A DNA stretch of 29,083 bases from positions 1 to 29,083 of the forward strand of contig JBFIHP010000001.1 of assembly GCA_041601735.1 (NCBI GenBank). The letters are read 5' to 3'. The DNA is from Planctomycetota bacterium (lineage in GTDB: Bacteria > Planctomycetota > GCA-002687715 > DRQF01). The position numbers and the translations under genes were made by a program. Positions 14,623 to 22,706 of this stretch are shown here, in pieces; the first letter of the stretch is position 1, and every line of letters begins with the position of its first letter. The notes below the pieces were generated by a model, which made no database searches, was not told the origin of the DNA, and saw nothing but the letters and a program-made list of their open reading frames with translations.

Positions 14623-16680
14623 TCAGCCGCCGACGGGCCAGCGCATCTCGCGAACCAGACCCTCGGGCAGCTTCTCGAGGAAGCGGCTCGCCCGCGGCCG
14701 CGTGCAGGTGATCCAGAGCTCTTCGGTGGCTCGCGAGGCCGCGACGTAGAGCAGGCGGCGCTGACGGCGGGTCTGCTCCTCGCGATCGGCGAGCGAGTCG
14801 CTCCGGTACTCGGTCGGCAGGCTGCCCTCGTTGACGTCGAGGACGACGACCACGGGAGCCTCGAGCCCCTTCGCCGAGTGGATGGTGAGGAGCTTGCAGC
14901 GCGCGGCATCGAAGAAATCGGGGTGATCGCGATCGGCGTGATCGACCGCGGGCAGGCCCGCCGCGCGGAGGCGGCGGCCGAGGGCCTTCACGAGTCGGGT
15001 GCGCGAGGCGAGCAGCATGATGTCGCCGGGATCACGACCGCTCGCGATCGCGCGGCGAACCCGATCGATGGCGAAGTCGATCTCGGCGCCGAGGTCGAGG
15101 CAGCGGACGATCGAGGGCGGCGCGCCCTGCTTCAGCGCCGGCTCGTGACCGACCGGGTCCTCGTCGCTCTCCTCGCCATCGAGGAGGTCACCGCCCACGG
15201 CCCGCAGGAAGGCATGCAGCGGCGCGCTCTGGCGCAGATTCCGCTCGAGGCGACAGATGCGGGCCTTCAGCTTGATGTCCTTCCACTGGAAGCCGGGCCG
15301 GTAGATGTTCTGGGCCGAGTCGGCCAGGAAGACGACGCGCTCGCCGTCGGCGAGGCGGGTGCAGATGCGGAGCTTCGCCGGGCTCAGGTCCTGGGCCTCG
15401 TCGACGACGACGAGGGCGTAGCTCGGGGCGTCGGGGTCCTCCTCGAGCGCCCTGCGCGCGAGGTTGCCGAGCCGGGCCCAGTCGATCGCGGCATGCACCT
15501 CGAGAAGCTGCGCGAAGGTCTCGTGCAGGCGCCAGACGATCTCGCGCTGGCCGCGATCCAGCCTGCGCCCGCGGCCGACGCGGTCCATGCGCAGGTAGCC
15601 GTCGCGTCCGAGATCGACGCGACCAAGGATGACCTGCGAGATCTCCTCGACGAAGAAGGAGAGCGGTTCACGGAGGAAGGCGCGCCCCTTCTCGTCGAGA
15701 CCGGCCGAGACCGCGCGAACGGCCTCCTCCAGGATGCTGTCGCGGTCGGCGTTCTGCAGAAGGGTGGGGGCGAGGCCGCGCTCGCGGAGGTAGGCGACGC
15801 ACCAGTCGTCGATCGTCGCCACCTCGACGGCGCCCCTCCGGTCGCCCAGCTCGACGGCGCAGGTGTCCTCGATGAGCCGGGCGAGCGAGCGGTTGAAGCA
15901 GAGGAAGAGCACCCGGGCCCGCTCGTCGTCGGCGAAGAGGTCGCCCTGGCGGGCCTCCTTCAGGGCGATGCGGACCGCGAGGGCGGTCTTGCCGGCGCCC
16001 GCGCCGCCGCGGACGAGCTGCGGTCCGTCGATCGGCGCCTCGAGGAAGCCCCGGGCCGCGCCGTCGAGCGCGATCCTGCCGATACGCCCGCGCGGATCGA
16101 GGAGGCGGGCGACCTCCTCCTCGCTCTCGGGTTGCGCCCGGGTGACCGGTCCCTCGGCGGCGTAGAGGGCGTAGTTGAGGAGAGCGTCGGCGCGATCGGC
16201 TGCGAGGCCATCGATCTTCTCGATGTCCTCGAGTTCACGGCAGGCGCGGAGCGCCGGGAGGAAGTCGGCGTCGAGGCCGAAGGCCAGAAGCTGGTGGTCG
16301 TCGAGCTCGGCGAAGAGCGCGCTCTGCTCGCCCCAGACGGGCGCCGTCGGCTCCGCGATCAGATCGTCGGCATCGACCGACTCGATCGGACCCTCCGGGA
16401 GGCGGGTCTTCCGGGCCCGGCGATAGGCACGATCGTGGTCGTCGGCCAGCAGGACGTGAATGGTGTCGTCGCGGGGGTAGACGATCATCCGGTACTTGTC
16501 GTCGATGCGGCACTCGAAGAGGCCCTTCCGGCCCTCGTAGCGCTCGGTTCCCAGCGAGGGATGATCGTGATCGGCCGAGAGCTGAAGGAGGCTCTGGAGG
16601 ACCTTGGGTCGGATCACGAGCGGCAGGCGACGCTCGAAGTCTCTCTGGGCCCGCGGCGCGATGACGAGTTGCTTTCTCAT
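14623..16680 (-). CDS. RelE/ParE-like domain fused to UvrD-like SF1 helicase (685 aa)
   Basis: Start ATG 16680 with SD GGAGG. aa 1-90 look RelE-like (LVIAPRAQRDF...HPSL...GLFECRIDDKYRMIV...IHVL...DHD). Helicase motifs: GGAGAGKT (15985-16008), VVDEAQD, LADSAQNIY, LERNLR, LLTIHSAKGLE, LLYVAASRA. Confidence 0.88.
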   Translation of the reverse strand: MRKQLVIAPRAQRDFERRLPLVIRPKVLQSLLQLSADHDHPSLGTERYEGRKGLFECRIDDKYRMIVYPRDDTIHVLLADDHDRAYRRARKTRLPEGPIESVDADDLIAEPTAPVWGEQSALFAELDDHQLLAFGLDADFLPALRACRELEDIEKIDGLAADRADALLNYALYAAEGPVTRAQPESEEEVARLLDPRGRIGRIALDGAARGFLEAPIDGPQLVRGGAGAGKTALAVRIALKEARQGDLFADDERARVLFLCFNRSLARLIEDTCAVELGDRRGAVEVATIDDWCVAYLRERGLAPTLLQNADRDSILEEAVRAVSAGLDEKGRAFLREPLSFFVEEISQVILGRVDLGRDGYLRMDRVGRGRRLDRGQREIVWRLHETFAQLLEVHAAIDWARLGNLARRALEEDPDAPSYALVVVDEAQDLSPAKLRICTRLADGERVVFLADSAQNIYRPGFQWKDIKLKARICRLERNLRQSAPLHAFLRAVGGDLLDGEESDEDPVGHEPALKQGAPPSIVRCLDLGAEIDFAIDRVRRAIASGRDPGDIMLLASRTRLVKALGRRLRAAGLPAVDHADRDHPDFFDAARCKLLTIHSAKGLEAPVVVVLDVNEGSLPTEYRSDSLADREEQTRRQRRLLYVAASRATEELWITCTRPRASRFLEKLPEGLVREMRWPVGG

Positions 16681-16698
16681 CGAGACCCTCCACGACCT

Positions 16699-16725
16699 GC
16701 CCGGGAGTCTACCAGAGTCCCGGGC
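16699..16725 (-). promoter_or_regulatory. Extended -10 (TGGTAGACT, 16714-16706) embedded in an 8-bp inverted repeat
   Basis: GCCCGGGA-N11-TCCCGGGC encloses and partly overlaps the -10 element. SD GGAGG and ATG 16680 follow. Confidence 0.5.
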
Positions 16726-16738
16726 GGGCGGGCGCGGC

Positions 16739-18265
16739 TCAACGCTCCTCGAAGGGCTTGCCGGTGACGTGCAGGGCGGGCTTGCGCATCGAGAAGATGA
16801 AGGCGGTGACGGCGCTGGCGAAGAGCCGCGAGTCGGCGCCGTAGCCGGCGTTGTCGCGATTGGGCTGGTAGTAGAAGCTGCCGTCGGGGCAACGCGCGAG
16901 CGTGAACCACCAGCGGTTGGCGTCCATCTGCTTCCGGAAGCCATCGGGGTCCACCCTCGCGCCCATCGCGGCGAAGCCCATGCCCATGAGCGGGGAACCG
17001 TGCGTGTCGGGGAAGCTCTCGGGGTGTTCGCCCATGATCCGGGCCTGACGCAGGGAGAGGGCGGCGTAGCCCTCGTCCTGGAAGGGCAGAAGGTGCAGCG
17101 CGATGGCCGAGGCGCCGGTCCGACCCATGTCGGCCCACTTGTCGTCGCCCGCGACGCTGTCCTCGTACCAGAGGTAGCCGTTCTTGCCGGTGCCGCGGGC
17201 GAGGAAGTCGCAGGCCGCTCGCAGGCGCTCGCGGTCGATCTCGATCCCGCAGTGGTCCATGAGGGCGAGGGAGAGCGCGCCCTGGGCGGTGATCATGCTG
17301 ATCGCGCCGTAGCCCTCGTGCCCCGGATTGTGGCCCCAGCCGCCGCGCTTCTGGCCCTGCTTCTTCGGCACGCTGCCGGGGTGCGATTCGCGCGCCTTCG
17401 GGTTGATCTGCTCGGGGTCCATGTACTGGCTCGAAACCAGGAAGTCGCGGATCTGCATCAGCTCGCGATCGACCCACCTCTTGCCCGTCGCCAGGCGGTA
17501 TTCGGCGAGGACGATCGCCGCGGTCATGTAGCGCCAGTTGATGAGCGAGGACGCGTCCTCGGCCGCGGTCGTGCGGGCGTGGTACCTGACGTTCTTCTCG
17601 ACGGCCGCAAGGTACTTCCGTTCGCCGCTCGCGAGCAGGGCGAGCGGGGCGAAGAGATCGATCGGCGGGCTGCCCCAGGAACCGTCGCTCCTCTGATGGT
17701 CGGCGAGATAGCGGCAGAGTTCGGCGAGGATGCGTTCGCTCTTCGGACAGTCCATCGGGAAGGTCGGCGCGTAGTTGCCATGACGTGTGCCGAGTTCGAT
17801 CGGCCGAACGATCTCCTTCTCGCCGCGGCGGATGCGCAGACGCAACCAGCCGTTGCCGCCCTGGCCCTGGGTCGACTCGATGGCCCGGGCGAACTCGAGG
17901 ATCGGGCCATGGGGGCCGAAGACCTCCATGCCGTAGCCGTTCCGGTGCTCGGTCGCGAACTCCTCCTCTTCGATTCCGATGATGACGTCGCCGGTCTTGA
18001 TCGCGCGCGCGGCCGGCGACCTCTCGAGAACGTGACGGACCAGCAGGTGCTTCGGCTCGTCCTTCATCAGCTCGACCCGGAGCCCGGTGACGCCGAGGTT
18101 GTAGAACCAGCCCTCGACCTCGGCGTCCGGGCCCTTTGCGGCCTTGTTCGACCAGGGCCGTCCGTCCTCGTGGTAGTGGACCTGCGCCCCGAGGAGGCCG
18201 GAGACGAGGCAGATGACTGCGAGGGTGGCGGCGATTCGAGCGGTCGGGGGCGAGGTCGTCTGCAT
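16739..18265 (-). CDS. DUF6288-like secreted protein: PDZ-like domain + alpha/alpha-toroid (prenyltransferase/squalene-cyclase-like fold)
   Basis: Signal peptide ending LLGA-Q. WFYNLGVTGLR, LLVRHVLERSPAARAIKTGDVIIGI (PDZ-like), HQRSDGSWG, GGWGH, RCPDGSFYYQPNRD. SD GGAG, and extended -10 TGGTATCCT at 18300-18292. Confidence 0.72.
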   Translation of the reverse strand: MQTTSPPTARIAATLAVICLVSGLLGAQVHYHEDGRPWSNKAAKGPDAEVEGWFYNLGVTGLRVELMKDEPKHLLVRHVLERSPAARAIKTGDVIIGIEEEEFATEHRNGYGMEVFGPHGPILEFARAIESTQGQGGNGWLRLRIRRGEKEIVRPIELGTRHGNYAPTFPMDCPKSERILAELCRYLADHQRSDGSWGSPPIDLFAPLALLASGERKYLAAVEKNVRYHARTTAAEDASSLINWRYMTAAIVLAEYRLATGKRWVDRELMQIRDFLVSSQYMDPEQINPKARESHPGSVPKKQGQKRGGWGHNPGHEGYGAISMITAQGALSLALMDHCGIEIDRERLRAACDFLARGTGKNGYLWYEDSVAGDDKWADMGRTGASAIALHLLPFQDEGYAALSLRQARIMGEHPESFPDTHGSPLMGMGFAAMGARVDPDGFRKQMDANRWWFTLARCPDGSFYYQPNRDNAGYGADSRLFASAVTAFIFSMRKPALHVTGKPFEER

Positions 18266-18467
18266 GGTCTACTCCGGGCCGAGGAGCATGGAGGATACCA
18301 TCGCGAGGCCCGGTGCGCGCGCGTTTGTCGGCTCCGCGGTCCGTCACCGAAAGCCGGAAAAACCGGGACAGGCGCGGCCCGCGTTCCTAACCTGGGCGCG
18401 AGACTTCGGAGGACGGCTTCCGGCGGGCAGGGGGCCCGGTCGGGCCCTCCCGACCGAGAGGAGAGCC

Positions 18468-20657
18468 ATGAATCGCAGTTTTCGTCCGGTGCTGCTCGCC
18501 GTCCTGCTCACGGCCGCGGCGACGCGCGCGCAGACGGGGCCCCCGATGGGGATCTACAAGGGTCTCGCCATCAACGCCGTCGCCACGGGCGATTTCGACC
18601 TCGACGGCCTCCCCGACGGCGTCTTCGTGACGGCGAACGATCTCCACGTCGAGCTCAACCACGGCATCGGCAACCAGCCCTGGCCCCTCGTGTTCGCGGG
18701 GGAGGGCGGACTCGATCTGCAGGTCGTCGATCTCGACCTGGACGGCGATCAGGACGTCCTCGTGTTGAAGAGCATCGACTACAACACGCTGACCTGCAGC
18801 GTCCGCGTGCTGCTCAACAACGCCGGCAGCATCGCTGCGAGCACCGTGACGATCAAGGGGCGCCTCCTGCCCTTCGTCGCCGACCTCGACAACGACGGCC
18901 TCCTCGATCTCCTCGGCAACGCGGAGTGGAATCGCGCGACCGCGCCCGGCGTCTTCGCGAGCCAACCCCAGGCGCTGGCGATCGCCGCGCTGCCGCGGCG
19001 ACCGGGCGGTGAACCGGTCACGGACCCCATGACCTACCACCCGGGCGACTTCGACGGCGACGGCGACATCGACCTCCTCTCCTACCGGCGGATCCAGGTC
19101 AGCGGCTTCGAGGGCCATGCCGATCTCCTCCTGAACGACGGGAGCGGCCAGTTCGCCTACTCCTTCTCCGAGGCGGTGTCCAACCCGTCCTTCCAGGTTC
19201 CCGGCGCGCAGTTCGTCGTCGCCGACTTCGACGGCGACATGATCGACGACTTCATCGTCGAGGACACGACGCACGGCAATCTGGTCATCCACCACGGCGA
19301 TCCGAGCGGTCGCTTTCTCGGCGGCCGGGCCGGGATCCCGGGTCTGGGACACTTCGCCGGCCTGGCCGATCTCGACGGCGACGGCGATCTCGACCTCGTC
19401 GTCCAGAGGCCCGCTTCGACGGCGCCGTTCACGCCGCCGAATCCGAGTCCGCCGCCCAGCCTCGACGTGATCGAGAACCTGGGCCACGGCGTCTACCGGG
19501 AGCCTGCAGCGAGCACCCTCTCGTTCTTCGACCCCCGCTTCGGCGTCGCCGACTTCGACTTCGACGGGCGCGACGACTTCCTCTTCGTCGGGCCTTACCA
19601 CGGCGCGGGTTACGGCGTGGCTCTCGGGGCGATGACCGCCACGCCCTTCGCGCTCCTGAGGTACCACGTCGGGATCTCGGGCATGAACCAGAGCGGGCCC
19701 GCGGGAGCCCCCTTGCCGCAGCCGCTCGTCGTCGAGGTCCGTGACGCCGGAGGCTTCGTCGTGCCGGGCGAGACGGTCACGATCGCGGCCGAGGGGCAGA
19801 TCGGCGTCCCGGCGACGCTCGTCACCGACGCCGCGGGGCAGATCAGCATCCCCCTGGGCGCGACCGACCGGGTGGGCAGCCACCGCATCGAGGTCTCCGG
19901 CATGAACGCGGCCTCGCGGCGCTTCGCCGTCGATGTCACGCCGACTCGCGTGGTCGTCCCGCTCGGCGACTTCGTCCAGGGCGGCAACCTCGGCGGCTCC
20001 TTCCCTCGACCCCTGCACCTGCGGGTCGAGGACCTGGCCGGCGTGCCGCAGCCGGGCGTCGTCGTCGAGGTCACCCGGGAGTGGCCGAGCGGCACCCAAC
20101 CGGTCGTCGGCTCGGCCTTCACGACGGACGCGAACGGCGAGGTCTCGACGCCGGTCTCGACCGGAGCGCCGCCCTACCAGAGCTACATCGGCGATCTGGG
20201 CGACCTCGGCGTCCGCGTCCAGGCCGAGCGCGCCGCGCCCCTGGAGGCCCGGCTCTTCACGCGTCGCGTCTTCAAGCGCCATGCCCCGAATTCGTCCGGA
20301 CTCTGGGTCCATCGGCTGCGCTACCATCACGAGCACATATGGACGCCGCTCATCATGATGGCGGACCTGCCGCAGCCGGCGCCGGTCAGCACGATCTTCG
20401 GCGACTGGTACACGTCGTTTCTCAGCCCGCAACCGACGCTCTACGTCCTCGACGGCCTCGGTCTCAGCGGTCCGCCGGTCCCGGGCGTCGTCTCGGCGCC
20501 GCGCCAGGGGCTCGAGGGCTTCGTCTTCGACTTCGAGATGGCCTGGAACCTGCTTCCCGCCGGGACGAACGTCGTCTTCCAGTTCCTGGCCTACGACAAC
20601 GCCTATCCCTTTCCGATCAAGGTCGCGCTCTCGGAGCCGGTGACGGTCAGTTTCTGA
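18468..20657 (+). CDS. Secreted FG-GAP/VCBS repeat protein (7 repeats) with two Big_1-like Ig domains
   Basis: ATG 18468 with SD GAGGAG and a signal peptide. Seven DxDxDG repeats (GDFDLDG, VDLDLDG, ADLDNDG, GDFDGDG, ADFDGDM, ADLDGDG, ADFDFDG). Two Ig modules (PLVVEVRDAGG..VTDAAG and PLHLRVEDLAG..TTDANG). Confidence 0.88.
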   Translation: MNRSFRPVLLAVLLTAAATRAQTGPPMGIYKGLAINAVATGDFDLDGLPDGVFVTANDLHVELNHGIGNQPWPLVFAGEGGLDLQVVDLDLDGDQDVLVLKSIDYNTLTCSVRVLLNNAGSIAASTVTIKGRLLPFVADLDNDGLLDLLGNAEWNRATAPGVFASQPQALAIAALPRRPGGEPVTDPMTYHPGDFDGDGDIDLLSYRRIQVSGFEGHADLLLNDGSGQFAYSFSEAVSNPSFQVPGAQFVVADFDGDMIDDFIVEDTTHGNLVIHHGDPSGRFLGGRAGIPGLGHFAGLADLDGDGDLDLVVQRPASTAPFTPPNPSPPPSLDVIENLGHGVYREPAASTLSFFDPRFGVADFDFDGRDDFLFVGPYHGAGYGVALGAMTATPFALLRYHVGISGMNQSGPAGAPLPQPLVVEVRDAGGFVVPGETVTIAAEGQIGVPATLVTDAAGQISIPLGATDRVGSHRIEVSGMNAASRRFAVDVTPTRVVVPLGDFVQGGNLGGSFPRPLHLRVEDLAGVPQPGVVVEVTREWPSGTQPVVGSAFTTDANGEVSTPVSTGAPPYQSYIGDLGDLGVRVQAERAAPLEARLFTRRVFKRHAPNSSGLWVHRLRYHHEHIWTPLIMMADLPQPAPVSTIFGDWYTSFLSPQPTLYVLDGLGLSGPPVPGVVSAPRQGLEGFVFDFEMAWNLLPAGTNVVFQFLAYDNAYPFPIKVALSEPVTVSF

Positions 20658-21399
20658 GCCGGGTCGTCACGATCGTGGCCGGCGCCTCCGGCGACCAGGG
20701 GCGACCGTCGTAGTCGCCGATCCAGATCAAGGGGCCGAAGCCGGCCTCTTCGAGCAAGCCCGCGAAGTCCTCCTGCCGGAGCACGAGGAGCCGGTTGCAC
20801 TTCTCGTCGCGCAACTCGCCATCGATCAGGAGTCGCGCTTCGAAGTCGAGGGTCGCCCCGGCGTTCGGCCTGAATGAGCGTTCGAGGAGCAAGGCCTCGC
20901 CGGCCGGCCCCTTCTTCTCGAGCGGCGGGAAGGAGAGGAGTCGCTGATCGAGGATCCTGTCGAAGTTGATCACCTGGAAGACCGCGGCGCCCTTGCGGTG
21001 GAGCAGGCGGCGGATGGTGAAGAGGGTCTCGAGCAAGGCCTCGCGTGCGCCGAGCAGGGCGAGCGAGTTGCCGATCGAGTAGACGAGGCCGGCCGGTCCC
21101 GGCAGGACTTCGCCCAGGAGACGGTCGGCGGCGCGCATGTCGCCGACGCGAACCCGGTGGGCCAGGTCGGGCCGGCGCTCGCGCAGGCGCGAGAGCATGC
21201 TCGGTGCGAGGTCGAGACCGTAGACATCGAGGCCGCGATCGCAGAGCGCTTCGAGCTGGGTCCCGCTCCCGCAGGCCAGGTCGATGAAGGTCGCCGGGGC
21301 GGCGGCGGGCCGGGTCTTCTCGATGAGGTCGAGCTGGGCCGGCCGGGCCGGAAAAAGGGCCTCGTAGATCGGGGCCAGGTGGTCGAATCCGTCGTTCAT
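20647..21399 (-). CDS. Class I SAM-dependent methyltransferase (glycine/sarcosine N-methyltransferase-like)
   Basis: IDLACGSGT, GLDLAPSML, VGDMR, SIGNSLALL. Overlaps the convergent FG-GAP gene by 11 bp. -10 TAGGAT-N6-ATG suggests a leaderless mRNA. Confidence 0.92.
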   Translation of the reverse strand: MNDGFDHLAPIYEALFPARPAQLDLIEKTRPAAAPATFIDLACGSGTQLEALCDRGLDVYGLDLAPSMLSRLRERRPDLAHRVRVGDMRAADRLLGEVLPGPAGLVYSIGNSLALLGAREALLETLFTIRRLLHRKGAAVFQVINFDRILDQRLLSFPPLEKKGPAGEALLLERSFRPNAGATLDFEARLLIDGELRDEKCNRLLVLRQEDFAGLLEEAGFGPLIWIGDYDGRPWSPEAPATIVTTRLRN

Positions 21400-21464
21400 G
21401 GCGGAATCCTATCCCAATCGCGCCCGGCCCGTCCGACGCCACGAGGTCGGGATCGGGAATTTCG

Positions 21465-21489
21465 GGAACCACCCGGCCCGGCCCGCGTC
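21465..21489 (+). promoter_or_regulatory. ECF-sigma-type promoter GGAAC-N16-CGTC
   Basis: GGAAC at 21465-21469 and CGTC at 21486-21489, upstream of SD AGGAG (21521-21525) and ATG 21533. Confidence 0.55.
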
Positions 21490-21532
21490 CCGAGGGGGTT
21501 GGGAAGGCCGGACCTCACACAGGAGACCAGAG

Positions 21533-22702
21533 ATGACCCGAATCGTCGCCGCTCTCATCGTTCTCGTCCTGGCCGCGCCCGGGCTGGTCGCCCAGGAGGC
21601 GGAGCCCCGGCCGGTCGATCTCGTGGTTCACGAGTGGGGCACCTTCACGACCCTGACCCGGGGTGACGGCGTCATGCTCGAATGGCGACCGCTCGAGGCA
21701 CCGCAGGATCTCCCCGACTTCGTCCACGACGCCTACGGCCAGAACAAGTTCGAGTTCGTCGGCACCATGCGGATGGAGACGCCGGTCATCTACTTCCATG
21801 CGAAGGAGGCGATGACGGTCGATGTCCGGGTCGACTTCGAGAAGGGGCAGGTCACCGAGTGGTATCCGAAGGCCTCCGGTCGCAACGCCCTGGGCGAGTA
21901 CATCGTCTGGAACAACGTCGAGATCCTGCCGGGCGCCGACCTGAAGCTGCCCGGCGGCGATCAGAAGGGGCACTACTTCGCGGCCCGCGAGGTGAAGGCC
22001 GCGCCTATCCGGGTGACGAACGGGCCCGGCGCCGACCACGAGAAGTTCATCTTCTACCGGGGCGTCGGCTCGCCCCAGCTGCCCCTCGAGGTCCGGTTCG
22101 AGGAGAACGAGATCCGGGTGAAGAACCTCGTCGCCGACACGGTGAAGTACATCGTCTTCGAGAACGACGGCCGCCGGTCGGCCTACGGCGTCTATGCCGC
22201 CGTGGACGAGAAGAACGACCTGCCCGTTCCGCGACCGCTTGAGGGCGGGATCGCCTGGCCCGACCTCGACCATCGCGGCGCACTCGAGAAGCTCCTGCGG
22301 CAGCAGGGGCTCTTCGCCGACGAGGCGAAGGCCATGGTCGCGACCTGGGAAGACGACTGGTTCGAGCCCGGACTCCGGGTGTTCTGGATCGTCCCGCAGG
22401 CGGAGGTCGATCGCATCCTGCCCCTGAAGATCGAGCCCGCTCCGCGCCGGACCGTCCGCGCCTTCGTCGGGCGCGTCGAGATCCTCACGCCCGAGTACCG
22501 GGAGCGGGTCGAGATGGCGGCGCGCGCCCTCGTGGGCGGCGACGGCGGCCCTCTCGACGCTCTCGGCCGCTTCGCCCTGCCGATCCTCGAGGACATCCGG
22601 GCGAAGGCGAAGGACGAGAAGCTGAGCGCCGCCGTGGCCCTCTACATCGCGAAGCTCCGCGATCGCGAGTCGAGGCCCGAGGTGGAGACCGAGACGCGCT
22701 GA
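21533..22702 (+). CDS. Conserved secreted hypothetical protein (HEWGTF / METPVIYF motif family)
   Basis: Signal peptide ending LVA-Q. Motifs VVHEWGTFTT, MRMETPVIYFH, EWYP, EKFIFYRGVG, GLFADEAKAMVATW, L.I.PAP...VRAFVGRVE. Confidence 0.8.
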   Translation: MTRIVAALIVLVLAAPGLVAQEAEPRPVDLVVHEWGTFTTLTRGDGVMLEWRPLEAPQDLPDFVHDAYGQNKFEFVGTMRMETPVIYFHAKEAMTVDVRVDFEKGQVTEWYPKASGRNALGEYIVWNNVEILPGADLKLPGGDQKGHYFAAREVKAAPIRVTNGPGADHEKFIFYRGVGSPQLPLEVRFEENEIRVKNLVADTVKYIVFENDGRRSAYGVYAAVDEKNDLPVPRPLEGGIAWPDLDHRGALEKLLRQQGLFADEAKAMVATWEDDWFEPGLRVFWIVPQAEVDRILPLKIEPAPRRTVRAFVGRVEILTPEYRERVEMAARALVGGDGGPLDALGRFALPILEDIRAKAKDEKLSAAVALYIAKLRDRESRPEVETETR

Positions 22703-22706
22703 TCCT

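Noticed and set aside
354-18388. Shared GCGTTCCT upstream of the lipoprotein (354-361) and FG-GAP (18381-18388) genes as a common ECF -10
   Set aside because: The -35 regions do not align at a consistent spacing, so the evidence is too weak.
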